DNA from: Tubulanus polymorphus
Taxonomy: Eukaryota > Animalia > Nemertea
NCBI RefSeq assembly: GCF_964204645.1
Contig: NC_134031.1
Location: forward strand, 15,549,807-15,613,806
DNA: 64,000 nt
Direction: 5' to 3'
Shown here piece by piece: positions 1 through 13,234 of the stretch. Under the pieces are notes generated by a model. It saw only the letters and a program-made list of their open reading frames with translations. It did no database searches and had not been told where the DNA came from. The position numbers were made by a program, and so were the translations under genes. Numbering within the stretch: position 1 is the first letter of the stretch; each line of letters opens with the position of its first letter.

Positions 1-120
1 GTCTATCGATTCCATCCGTCGTCGAAAAGCATACGTTTTTATACCTATAACCTCTCCTCGGCGTTTCTTAGAACTTGGAGAAAATGACGGACGTTTTTCC
101 TCTTTCGCTTGCAACATCAT
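1..120 (-). CDS. Candidate alternative first coding exon running off the window edge
   Basis: ATG at 120 with an upstream in-frame stop; open to base 1: MMLQAKEEKRPSFSPSSKKRRGEVIGIKTYAFRRRMESID. Composition resembles the other exons. Confidence 0.45.
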   Translation of the reverse strand, partial: MMLQAKEEKRPSFSPSSKKRRGEVIGIKTYAFRRRMESID

Positions 121-2630
121 CCGGTCAATGAAAAAATGACTCTACAGTTGCCGGCGGATAAACGAATTATAGTTTTTGTTTTCCTTTCATATCGAGTATC
201 TTTTTACACCGGTTGTTATTCCGCTGTTCTTATCAAAGAGGGTTATCGAGAACGAGTGTACCTTCTGGTTGGTAGTTCGGCAATTCAGTGCTCTTCGCGC
301 GGCCAATTCAGACCGAATGGCCATAACATAATATATACTTGTCAATTTTCAAAACGCTCTATTACCTTGACAATATATTCTGTCAAACTCTTCTCATCCC
401 AATGCTATGTCAGTGAGTTACGAATTAAAACTGAATTCAAATTCTGTTCTGATGATGGCAAAATTTTTTGCCGAATCATGTCTACGCTATTCTTTTATAT
501 AGACACCGTGAAGCGATGTGCTTTTATCACGTGACCGACGCCATATTGCCGGTTAATACAATGAGCGATTTACATCACATATCCACAAAATTTTTAAATG
601 ACCATATTATCTATTGTTGTTATGTTTGGCAAATCTCCAACACTGATGGGCAAACAAACTATGACGTCACGTGCATGATGGTGATATGTGCATTATATGT
701 AATGATACATATGAAAACTAGATCTATCATCCTTGTGTGAATTCACTGAAATCAAATTACGCTGCATTAGATATTTTGTCTAATACTATTAACTTCCCTA
801 TCATAAATCATTTAAACAAAAATTTAATGCTCTTGAATATTACTAATTTCCCTCTCATAAATCATCTCACAGAAATTCAGTTCTCTCAAAAAATTGAAAC
901 TTTATCTCCTGGTTTTTCCCTGGTTGAGTTGGCAATCAGAAACATTTGACATGCCAATCAAACTTTTTCTTCGGGTTTTCCCCATTGAGTTGTCAATCAG
1001 AAATAAATGTTTCTAGGAAGTAGTTAATCATAACTTTGGAGGAAGATAGATTTGTATTAGAGTGAATGGTAAATCAGAGAACGAGCTCTATGGTGGAGAA
1101 CTATTCAAGCTGCATTGTAAAAAAGAAGAAAAGATATTGAAAGATTTAAATGATTCTAAATGCTGACTTTTCCTCGGGTTGCTCTACTGGTTTGATCTGA
1201 TTCGGGAAGTACATCGAAACGAGTGATGTTACATATATGTAAAATACGACAAAAGAAAGGATCCGCAATCTTCGCCTTTGCGCTTTGCTTTCTAGTGACA
1301 CTCAAGACTTTTCCATTACCGGAATAGATACATCTCCTTACAGTTGTCAGCGCGGTATGCATCTAAGTAGTTTGGTGCTATAAGTCGCTTGTCAATCGAT
1401 GAAGATAAATAAACTGAAAACGGATGAGTATCTGTCTATATCATGCATATCTTACATCTATTATTCGCCATCTGTCCCCCATTTGCAAATATGAAACTGC
1501 ATATCAAGAATTTTCCGAAAAGATATAGATGAGCGTCAATTTCGATCCATTATGACGGCAACCACGCCCCTGGAAAGCATGTGTATTTCCATTGAATGTA
1601 AAGTACTTAACCTATAATGCCGATATTCCTTCCGTTGCGGGATGACAACTTTATCTACCGCTCCTAATGTCAGTATCATTTCTTTTAAAGCTTATTCACG
1701 TTTTATTATGATTTCCTATACATCTTGTATTTTATCATCCCTTCCTCATCTCCATTGTTAAAAACTGGACTTGTATATTATATTACTCAAAGCACAAGAA
1801 AGATATATTTAATTTGAATATTTGAATTGAATTATGGTTTTTGAAATCTATTTCGGTTAGAAATTCTGTCTAGCCTAGGTATGTTTATTTATATATGCTC
1901 TTCCCTGGGTAACATGAACCGACGCATGACCATCAATGCAGATGAGGTAATTGCCATGTAATCGCCGAAAGTAATTCGTCATGAAATCAATTAGAAATCG
2001 TTTACTCGAAGTCGTTTACTCGAAAACTATATAGAAACGCGCGAAATATCACCGAAACCCTCGAGACACTGGTTAATAATTCATGACTTGAAAAATTTTT
2101 TTTTTCACGCGGGCGCGAAGAGAGTTGCGACCGCGGCTGCATCCGCTATTTCGTATTCACCCAGAATCGCGGCCGTATACAGTTTGTCAGCTCTCATCAT
2201 TAAATTACCGAGCGACCATCTTCGCTAGTTAGAAGCCCTCGCGGCTGAAACGCGGTCCTCGCAGCGGAATAAACAAAAAACGACTATACTCGGCAAAATG
2301 TCATTAACAGCCTGTAGCTGAATTACGTCAAATAAATTGGGAAACCACCGGGGCCGTATTAATACTAATTACCGGTCCCCCGGGCGTCAAACAGCTCGCG
2401 AGAGAATCTTCTTCCTTCAACTCATATTTGCCGACTTCCACGAAGACTTAGATTGCTTTTGATGGCTGTAAATTGCAGTCGTCACGAACGACGTCGGACT
2501 AAGAAAACAACGGAACAACCCGTCCTGTAATGATTCATTAAGTCATACTATATCACCTGATCAGCTTTCTGGCTTATTTTCCAGCATTGGGATTAAAACC
2601 ATTTCAATGAATGAATGATGTAATACCATA

Positions 2631-2772
2631 GACGAAACACTCTTAGTCCGTCTTGTGACGATAGATAGAAAATCCCACACCGATGAAACGAGAAAATTTA
2701 AGTCCGAATAGTTTCCTCAAAGTTTATAATTTATTGATTCGACCTTTCGACTATAACCTAATCGTCAATCTT
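2631..2772 (-). mobile_element. Family A PLE-like fragment truncated at an adjacent MITE
   Basis: Minus strand reads AAGA.TGACGATTAGGTTATAGTCGAAAGGTCGAA...TTCGGACT...GTGGGATTTTCTA, homologous to 4960-5140. Confidence 0.65.
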
Positions 2773-2777
2773 TTTAT

Positions 2778-2869
2778 GGTTTTATGGACTGGTATTACCT
2801 TTAACCCGGGGGCTAACTCTATTGAAAATGGGTTGAGCTAAGGTGTTACCAGTCTATAAAACTGGGCCC
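2778..2869. mobile_element. Copy of the 53191 MITE family, left end eroded
   Basis: Shares GGTATTACCTTTAACCCGGGGGCTAACT and CCAGTCTATAAAA.TGGGCCC. Confidence 0.75.
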
Positions 2870-3864
2870 AGGAATGAAGATTTCTCGTTTAATTAGTGTG
2901 GAATTCTCTTTACGAATTGAATTGAAATAATCGGCATACACGCTAATGTCGAAATTGACACATTTGAAATATGTCTTTAAAATTTTGATTCTTGACTCTT
3001 GCGCCTACGTAAAAGAAAACTACGTAGTATGCTACGATAAATAACCTGAGTTGTTTTTAAAACGCTATCTGTGTATAGATCCATACCGTTGGCTGAAACG
3101 AAATTTCAGAAAAAAATGATTCAACCTATTCAAGTTTTTATCCAAGCTATTTTCGAAGTTGTGCACTGAACCCGGCTACTGGCTTTTGGTCTGACATTCG
3201 TCTTAAGGCAGCAAGTCGCGTGTTCGTTTTAAAACAGATGGTATCGCCACCTGTAGGCTAACTGCTCAACTAGATGCAGTCGTGCTCTGTTTTACAGTCG
3301 TTTCACTGCGTAAAGACGAATAGCAATGTATCTGAGCTTAAAAACACTAAGCTTAAAAAGAAACCTGTTTCTCGAGATTCTGAGGTCTAAAATTGACCAA
3401 CCCATCCGATCTGTTTAATCTTTACAAAAATGCAGGGATAACTGTTAATAGTAAAGAAATTTGGCCCGCAAGGAAACCAGATAATTTCAAGCTATTAATG
3501 AAACTTCGTCAGCGTTCTCCGACTTATTGATTTATCGAGTAAAGTCAATAGGATGCGGGCACAGGATCGGTTAAGAGAAACGACTGTCGGACAAATACAA
3601 TTCTACGCGAGAAAAATTCGAACCTTTACGGAAACAAGACGACAGGTTGAATTCCACCCGACGATGGCTGTAAGTCAACATTGAAACGTTTTGGTTTCCT
3701 TCTGAATGGATATTCGAAATATTTTTGCTTAAAATATATCATGCGGGTAATAAGATAAAAACTCACTATGTACAAATTAAACAATATTAAAATCGATAAT
3801 TTATCATTTCAAAAAATCTGGGACTTTATCCTATCATCCGTTCACCACGTTTGAGTGTGGTTAT

Positions 3865-4232
3865 TGTAATAATGGAGTGTATTTTTTATTGAAAGTTTAA
3901 GAAGTCGCTACATACCGCAACAACTAGTAAATATCCTTATTTTCTCAAGAAAATTTATGAATCTTTTTACATCACAAGACCCAAGCATCTTGAGGAAGCT
4001 AACAGTATTCATAAAAAAGGCACATAGCCTCATCTAGCCATCGCTGTGCACACACGTTTTAATTGCGTGTATAATGAAAGGATATGTATAAAAGAAGAAA
4101 CTGTCACTGTATATTATAAATGTAACTGGGGTAACCGTAATTGTATAACTGTAAATTGTTTATTTTTGGATCCCGTGCTCGAAAAAATTGTTTAATTTCT
4201 GGAGCAATAAATTTAATCTGAATCTGAATCTG
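3865..4232 (+). mobile_element. LINE 3' end remnant
   Basis: IMEC...LRSRYIP...KFMNLFTSQDPSILRKLTVFIKKA, then AATAAA and (AATCTG)3. Confidence 0.65.
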
Positions 4233-5063
4233 TAATATATCATGTGGGACTTTACTTTAGCATGAGTAGAGGCGAATCGGAAAATGTTATTCGACTGTCC
4301 GATACCTCGATCGTTTAAACAATCTTGTTGTAGTGATTTGAGTTGATCATACCGATTTGACGGGTCGGACGCGTCGTCGGCTCCGGGGGTGGAGTTAATC
4401 AGTCAATTACGAACCAGGCACCGCACACCCTCTCAACAAGGCGTGCACCGAATCGCGCCGGCGTTTTTAAGGACTCGTTCATCATCGTTATGACAGGCCA
4501 CTTGACTAATTAGTAGATTAAAACTCTTACATCGTTCTGGAGCTGATATCTAATACGCGTTGCATACCTCAGTGGTTTATTACGAACGTATCGCCATACA
4601 ATTCGAACACAATGAACTCTATTCTTTCATCAGTAGAAGTTTGGTCCAGGGCGCGGAAAACCGTAGCTTCCCTGGTTTCGGATTAGCGTGCCTTGTACGG
4701 GAAATGTTTCCAACAGCGATATTATGTCTTTTAAAAGAGGTTCGAATACAAAGCTCGGATTCGCTGTATTACAGCGGTTCCATTATGTACAGTTACCCCG
4801 AGGACCTCCGACTCACGAAAAATTCATCCAGCTTCATAGATTCCAACATTTCATATGACTCCTAGCCACGAGGTGTTCTATGAATATAGATGACGTTTAT
4901 GAACCTGTCTGATAACGTTGCAAATGCTCGTTTGTTATAACCATTGAAGAAACACTATTCCGTGTAGTAACGATAAAGTAGAGAATCCCACACTGATAAA
5001 ACGAAAGACGGAGTCCGAAAAATTTCCTATATAGCTGATGTTTTTATTTGTTCGACGTTTCGA

Positions 5064-5100
5064 CTGAAGATGACTATTAGGTTATAGTCGAAACGTCGAA
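5064..5100 (+). ncRNA. Minimal hammerhead ribozyme motif (Penelope-like element type), family A
   Basis: CTGAAGA-T-GACTAT-taggtt-ATAGTC-GAAA-CGTC, lying between and overlapping the arms of a 54-bp inverted repeat (5012-5065 and 5086-5139). Confidence 0.65.
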
Positions 5101-5877
5101 CGAATAAAAACACCAGCTATGTAGGAACTTTTTCGGGCTTCATCTTTGCTCGTTTGTTATATTTCCCTTCGTGCTTCGTTCCTCCATCAATGCCGAAGTT
5201 TCTGCACTGAATTCCGTGTTCGTTGTTGGTTGAAGGTAACCGCCGTCGTTTCGGGTATAACTAAGCCTATTAGTGTCTCCGCCGAGGAAGCGCCAGCGTT
5301 AATCACTCTTACGCGCATCGGGGTCTATACAATTATCCCTTGGTGTACTAGAAACGGCGAGTTCCAGGAACGATGTTTGGACGGGAGAGAAAAAAAAGAA
5401 ACTCACAGGGAACGAAGTTAACTTTTTTTCTAGGTAATGTAATGACGCGGTCAGAGATCAGGTGCACGGCCATTCACCATCGCAAATGCCATCAAGACGA
5501 TCCCCTCAACGATGGAACGATCTAGCAGTCTTTTCCGTATCACCAAAATCAAAATGGTGGCTATTCCAACCGCGTGAAATTAAGTTTTAAGGTATAGCAG
5601 GGTCCAGACGGTTACGCTATACACGCTTACGCCATAAACGTTAAAGGTTTAGATTAGGATCAGGTCATGCTTCAAACTAAGATAAGTAAGGGTAAGGATA
5701 TAAGAGTGAGGACTCTACGTTCGACTGTGGCAATCGAGGATTCCACTTGTGGCAAGTGAGGATCCAACAGGATTGCTAGTGTGCCTTCAGACAACAACTC
5801 ACAGATTTCTTCACAGATTCAATTAAAATCTATCTTTGAAAGCTGAAAATTCACCCTAGATATGAACCTATATAATA

Positions 5878-6256
5878 TGTGGCTGGGTTTCGTGCCATGG
5901 CTGAATCTGGCAATCAGGTTCGAATCCCTCCTGAGCAGTATAATCCACCGTATCACGGAGCAGTGTAGGCAAGTAGTAAGAGCGCCTGAGTCCGGGAATC
6001 CTGTTCATGGAACTCCGTGCATTACCGTAGCATTCCCGACATTCAGGACGCTTACGTTCGTTGCCTCTCTCTGCTCAGGATCGCCGATAGATGACTCCCA
6101 GGTGCTAGAGTCGATCGTGTGTTACTTCTCTCCGCGGAGAGATTACTGATACGTTGTTAGAGATATAGGCTTGGGTAATAGTACCAAGCTGTAAAGCGCT
6201 CTGAGCAGCCTGGCTCAATTTAAGCGCTATATAAGCCTCATCAATATCGTTATTAT
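5878..6256 (+). mobile_element. tRNA-derived SINE with an L2-type 3' tail
   Basis: B-box GGTTCGAATCC (5917-5927); tail TGTAAAGCGCTCTGAG...AAGCGCTATATAAG...TATTAT (6190-6256). Confidence 0.75.
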
Positions 6257-6928
6257 CTATCCCTGATTCAAAATCGGATAGTGTCGGAAATTAGAGATAA
6301 TTGAGAAATCTGAGAATTGTTTGGCGAGTCGCTGGTATAAAAGCAACCGGGTGCATCCGGGATTCACAGGTGCGGACACAATAACCGGATCAGTATATAG
6401 AGTCGACACTATCGAGCAGATTATCACCCCTAAACACACGAATGTACGACCGAACGGAGCAGATCAAATATTTGCTTTTATTCGGAAAAGTCGTGCCAAG
6501 AAAAATTACACTGCTATAGAGGTTTATCTTGTTTTATTGGCGCGTATTTGCTTTACTGTTAAACGAAGTTGTAATAGGAAACGTGTCTGTTACTCTTCTT
6601 CCTTTATTGCTGACAGACGTCGAAGGTCGCGCTCAGATTTTAGCGTCGAGCATCATGAACAGAGTTAATGATGTCTTTTTCGAGATTTCACGATACTAAA
6701 TCGGTAGATCGGTTTACTGTGTTCGATAGATATATAAATCTGCACACAATAATACGTTAAAACCGATAATAACAAACCCTTAGGGAACACTTCGTGCGAA
6801 TATAGATTTTAAAAGAAGAAAACTATATACCTGCACTACCTGCACAGGTGAAAGGTTCATACGTTCAATTATCTCAAAGATAGCGGAGGCCTAGACATTA
6901 TTTTGGCGTAAAGGTTTTTGTCTAACAT

Positions 6929-7058
<130 letters not shown>

Positions 7059-8169
7059 GTAATGACTGATTCCACATGTAGATAATAATACTTAAATATT
7101 GCATAAACCTTAATCATGATACTTGAATATTATATATATTATTATATATATCGGCTGGGTGTGGCGGCAAGTATAAGGTCTCGTCGAAAGTTTCCACCAT
7201 ATAAGCACGCGTTCTCATTAAATGCACTTCGATTTTAATGTCATTAATGAACTACGTAATTTAGTAGCCGTAATATCATATATATACGTCATAATTATAG
7301 TCATATTATCATTACCTGATTATCAGATTTATTTCTGTAAAATGCCCTGCATGTTAGTGACCGGCTATCACCCTTAACCTCGTCGTCTCGGTTTCGTAAT
7401 AATTCGTCGGTTTATACTTTCAGACTCGTCGTGCGTCGCGCAACCAGAAGGCCGTCTCGAAGTTGTATTTCATCGCGTAATCGACATACTCATTACAGCG
7501 CTTAACGAAATCTTCATCAATTTCAACAACCTGCGGAGACCTATCTAACGAAATCTCAAACGAATTCCCATCTGGCTATAGCCAGCGGGGATTGTTATGT
7601 TTCGAGCTCAACTTTCGATCTGAAATTTGTGTTCTACTTTTGAACAACCTTCTACACGGCGAAGGTCTTGTCGTTACGTGGCGCAGAGGGCATTTTGAAA
7701 ACAATTTTCTTCGCGTCCGTCGTGACATCTAAAATGCTCGTGTTTCTCGCCGAACTGTCTGTATCCGCAGTAATTGTTCGTCTCTCGTTAATTGGTTCTC
7801 GGTATCGACGCAAAACACGGCGAGAGAAACCAGAAAGCATAGTTTTATCGGAGATGGTGTTTCCGACTTCAATGCGGAGTTATTCCGGCAGGGATTGGTG
7901 CCGCATACCAAGACACTTTGAAACTTAAAACAAAGATCTTCTTAATTCGATCTAGAGTTATAGATCTGAGAGGTGGCATGACCCGAAGGTGCTTGTTAAC
8001 CCACTACCCAACGAGATATTGGACTTTATTAAAAATTCTTAAGATTCCTTTTCGTATTTTAGTCTGGAAAAAGTCGATACGAGGAACTAGTTGTAAATTT
8101 CTGGGATAAAACGGTATTTACAGCCATTATAACTCTAACCATGATATCAGTCATCTCTCCATGGGGATA

Positions 8170-8340
8170 AGTAACATCCGAGCAGCTGCTAGGTGCTCAG
8201 GAGTCATCCATCAGGCCAGTTACCCATTTACTTCTGGGTGGAGAGAGGGGATGATGATACGCCTCTTGCCCGGGTAAAATGCGGGGTTCGAAACCAACGA
8301 TCTGGCTTCCAAGAGTCGTACACGCTAACCATGGCCCAAA
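8170..8340 (-). mobile_element. tRNA-derived SINE
   Basis: Minus strand has TGGTTAGCGTG..GACT (A-box region), GTTTCGAACC (B-box-like) and GGGCAAG...CCTCTCTCCACCCAG.AGTAAATGGGTA, a central domain common in invertebrate SINEs. Confidence 0.65.
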
Positions 8341-10227
8341 CAAGTCGATTCCATTTACTGTTGACGATTCTAAGCTTACATGTAAATAATGAACAGGTTC
8401 CGTCTTCTAATATTTCTCGAATGTTCAAACGGATTTGCTAATGAAAAGCTGCTCGGTTTCTCTCTATTCGAATTGTCTGCGATGAAACTCGAAAACAAAA
8501 AGATAAATTGGAAATTGATACCATTGAAAACGAGAGTAATCTTGAACATTTTAATCACTTACGCGGACGGGTGTGTCATTCCTATAAGTAGCACCTTTGA
8601 AACTATGGATGTCTCAAGCTGAAATCATTGGGCGGTTCGTCTTTCAATCGATCGGACCACTGTAATTGCGAAAAAGAATCTAGATCCGTCAAAATCTGGT
8701 GAATAATTTCGCTCAAAATAGAAGAAAAATAGTAAGTCGAAATATACACTTCTATTCCGTTATAACGCCGTATGCATTGGTTCATGTTACACATATAGAG
8801 GCTCAAGGCTAAAGCTTTTAACACGGATAGACCGCTGATGTTTAATCATTCAGTATAATCCGGTAAAACCAGTTTCTCCGGTTCACGGCGCCTATGGCCA
8901 CCAGAAAATCCGATCATTCCGTCAGGATACCGGGTATACCCGGTTTGTCTAAATGCCGCGCGATAAACTAATTTTACTTTTGTCGCTCGTCAGACGATGT
9001 GAATGATCGTCGTATTGACCTCCTGACAAACGAATCTGTACGGCAGCAAAACACCTCTCGTGTTGTGTTCGATTTTTTGTTACGAAAGCTGTAGTGGTAA
9101 AACACGCTTTAGGAGGGTTAAAATGTTATAAGGCACGGGCTGCCGCAAGTGAAATTACACCAGTAAATCTGCCGGGTTTGCTACAGTCTGTTTTACCCTC
9201 AACCCACTGAGCGCCACCCATAGGTAAATATCAGCGGATTCGATCTATCTTTTTTTCCAATTAAGGGGAGAGACAAGAGAAGAACTTTCGACTCTGACGT
9301 CACAGTACGACGTCGACCCTAGATTCCTTTTCAACTCAATCAAAATCTAACGACAAATTTCTCAGATTTCTCAATTTGTGTCACATTATTAATCATAGTA
9401 TATCAAAGCGTGGTTGTTTAATGTTGCGATTGGAAGACTGAAATCGCAGTGATTTGTAAACGATCTAATTTTGATCGAGTATGTCTGGTATCTCAGTGGC
9501 GCCATCTGACGGGAAAGCTGGTGTGCTGGTAAATGTATTCATTAAACCCAGGACTGCGATGATATCGCGATCCGCGAAGATGATTTATATCCGAACCAAT
9601 CATTCATATATCTAAAAAAAGATCCGCGCCGTCTCAAAAGTACCGGGGGACTTTTTAAGCGAGTCGGGACTGAGCGAGATTTCCCCGGAGATGCGGCAAG
9701 GAAAATTGGGGTAATCGTGCCGCCGGGTAGGATAGCCGAGATAGAGCTTGTATCAATTAGCCGATGCGAACACGCGGACAAAACCCGAGAAATGCTACAA
9801 ACACACGCTGTTAGATTAGTTGACTTTCCATTCGTCGTAAGATGAGCTCTATAATATTATGACCAACCGTCTAGGCGCGATTTTTACGCGTGTTTATTAG
9901 TAACTTGTGTTTTGTTTTTGCTAGATATTTCGCCTGTCTTAATTTACAGGAAGCAGGTCGTGTTCACGCGTGTTTCTGGGAAACGTAACACTCATTGTTC
10001 AAGAACTAATGGTCTGTTTCGATTTGAGTTCGAACGCTCTCCCATAACGCTCTTAGGCGTAAACGCGGAACACAAATTGGTTTCGGTAAAAATCGTTTCC
10101 TGTTTCAAAACTGCTGTGAAATCGATTAACCGTGCCTAATTCGGCAAAATGATAATTACTCGCGACAATCCTACTGAAAAAGAAAAAGTCCCCAATTGTC
10201 TCTTTGAGTTAATCTTGATGGTCAATT

Positions 10228-10530
10228 TCAGGAATACAGTATACTTGAAGATGGCTATAACGCGCTGCATGGTTTAAGCCGTCGGTCTCTGGTCCCATCA
10301 ATTTAGGGTTCATGGTTGATTCGATTCTTCTCTGTTCTCTCGCAATATAAAAGAAACATCGAACCCTCAGTGGGTTGCGAGTGTTGAAAAAAAAAACCTA
10401 TAAGAATATAGTCGAAACATTGAACTTCAAGGAAACGTTTCGGACTCGGATTTTCATTGTTATTGTGGGGTTTTCAATTTTATCACTTTAACAAGGGTCT
10501 AATCTATATTCGTCGAAATGGTTATAGACC
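10228..10530 (+). mobile_element. Family A PLE-like fragment interrupted by a SINE (10261-10403, CTATAA TSD)
   Basis: Removing the insert restores TTGAAGA-T-GGCTATA-agaa-TATAGTC-GAAA. The insert ends in an A-run and shares AAACATCGAACCC...GGGTT with 17742-17884. Confidence 0.65.
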
Positions 10531-12231
10531 TATTTCCTATTACTTCATTGCGTATAGTGATAGGATTAGATTGCTTCACTGGTCTAAGATCTTATGATAA
10601 GTCTCAGATCCACGAAATGAAAAAACGGCCGCGAAAAAGTGCCATGATCGCATAAAGCTGGTCGTATCAAGTGACTATGGCGACGCATCGATGAAATATT
10701 TATGTGTAATGAATGTTGTGCGCTCGCTTCCCCGGGATTTTCTTGACGGCGCTATATAGCGCTTCGGTCGCTCTCGCGGGGTAAGCTTCGAAACAAATAT
10801 GCCGCTAGATTGAAACACCGAAGTTAATGACCACCCGGAGAATACAGCTTCGCTCTACACTCGATAAGGCTGGCTCAAATTCCTTTCTTGTATGAAAGCA
10901 GAAGCCCGCGTGAGGTGTTCAGAGCCGGGGTCTGAACACCTTTTCCAAAAAAATTGCAGTAAAGCAACAGAAGAAGACAAGACAACGCATTAAAACCCTA
11001 TTCAAAACTCGGCTTTGACTGTTTCAAGCATAAACGCGGGTTAAAATCGTTATATTCAAACGTTCGTCTATTTTTACCGTTAATAATGCCCGGCGGCCAC
11101 ATTAGTATTATTACATCGGTACCTGTAGACAAAGACTCAGTCATTTCTTTTTCGAGAGCAAATCGATATGAAATGAATTAATCAGAAAGTTTAAGTGAAT
11201 GATGGTTTATTTGTACCCGCAACGATTATACGACACTCCTTGTATCCTCACATAAACGGCTGCATTTCGTCAATTCATCATCATCCCTCCTTTCTAATAA
11301 ATCAATACAGAAATATCATATTCATCAACCTTAAACCGCAACTCAGAGAGCGTCAATTGAGTTAAAATACTTGGCTTAGATTCATAACGTATAGACGTGG
11401 TCTCTCGTGACGGTCATACTCTTATGGAAACCATCAATGGTCACCTTCGATCTCTTTCTTTGTACCTCTTAAACCAGTCAGCGAATAAAATGCATTTCCC
11501 AATGCTCGGTCACGATTTCGTGATCCTATACCCTTAAAATCCCGGAAAGCGTCGTTTTACCCCACTTAGAAGTACTCAAATCTGGCCTGAAAACGTGGCT
11601 ATGATATGTAGAGGGAGGGGGGATCGGTTAAGGTTAAGGTTTGAGGAAATGCTGATAAAACATGAACTTACCTGAATACGTGTCATTCCAAAGATAGCGT
11701 GAAATAGAAAAATAAATCGAAATGCATTAGTTTAAAAGCAATACGGTAAACGTAGACATATTAAATATATTTTGAAATATCGAGGTATAACTGATCATCG
11801 ATCTTCCGTCGACACTCGAACATAAAAACGTCTGCTATCGCGGAGACGCATCGCATCGTAGTTTGTTTGATTTTGATGCGGAAAAATCTTCGCGAACGTT
11901 TTTATTTCTAACACGCGCTATCAATCAGAATGTGAACGCGCCGACGTTTTAGATAATTTGTCAGGGACGATTAATACACGAACGAGCGGTAAAATTGGAT
12001 TGGGCGGTAGAGACGATAAACACGCATCGCTTCGTTTCCGTGAAAAATTACAAAATTGATCCTTTATAACTCTTTGGGCTGAAAGACCTTTAAAGAAAGC
12101 TTGAATCGGACCCGCTATGGGTATTTCCTAAGATACGATATAACAAGAAAACTACACTCGAAAGCTCATCGACGCCTTGGAAAAAAACACATTTTGTTAG
12201 TAAAAACGTAAATCCCACATTCACAATAGCC

Positions 12232-12406
12232 GAGAGGGAGAGGGAGAGGGAGAGGGAGAGGGAGAGGGAGAGGGAGAGGGAGAGGGAGAGGGAGAGGGAG
12301 AGGGAGAGGGAGAGGGAGAGGGAGAGGGAGAGGGAGAGGGAGAGGGAGAGGGAGAGGGAGAGGGAGAGAGAGGAGAGGGAGAGGGAGAGGGAGAGGGAGA
12401 GGGAGG
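12232..12406 (+). repeat. (GGGAGA)n polypurine microsatellite, about 28 units
   Basis: Directly visible. Confidence 0.99.
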
Positions 12407-12822
12407 TACATCATAAAACGCGGTATAAATAATAACTAATTTGGAATAACGATACAAATCCGTGTTCCATTGTTTAAAAAGATTATAACCTAATTAAAAG
12501 TCAAGCTCGGTAAACGATGAACATCACAAGAAATACGAATCGAATCGAATACACGCAAATCTTGTGATTTCCTTGATTACTTTCTTTTCGTCGGAGATCG
12601 CGTTGTGTCGAGTGGGATAGATTTCGCCAACACTTCTTCATATTCTCCGCGTTCCGATTAAAAAGATGACGAAACGTTTTAAATTTCTAATTCCCGCGAC
12701 GAATGATAAATTTCGTGCGGATTTTCTTCCAGGGTCTGGCACCCGGGGCTCAACTCCAGAACAGGTAAAAGTAGATCTGCCCAGGCTGAGTACATAGCAC
12801 GTATTCTTCCGCGAGCCAGGTA

Positions 12823-13209
12823 GCCGACCTGTTTTACTCGTCGACAATTCCGACGATTTAGAATTGCCCACCTATTATACTCGTCGATAATTCCGACGAT
12901 TTAGAATCGCCCACCTATTTTACTCGTCGACAATTCCGACGATTTAGAATTGCCCACCTATTATACTCGTCGATAATTCCGACGATTTAGAATCGCCCAC
13001 CTATTTTACTCGTCGACAATTCCGACGATTTAGAATTGCCAACCTATATTACTCGTAGACAATTCCGACGATTTAGAATTGCCGACCTATTTTACTCGTC
13101 GACAATTCCGACGATTTTAAATTGCCGACCTATTTTACTCGTCGACAATTCCGACGATTTAGAATTGCCGACCTATTTTACTCGTCGACAATTCCGACGA
13201 TTTAGAATT
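12823..13209 (+). repeat. 43-bp tandem array x9 (left arm)
   Basis: Unit GCCGACCTATTTTACTCGTCGACAATTCCGACGATTTAGAATT with an exact period of 43. Confidence 0.97.
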
Positions 13210-13234
13210 GCAATATCTTTTATATAATAATATC

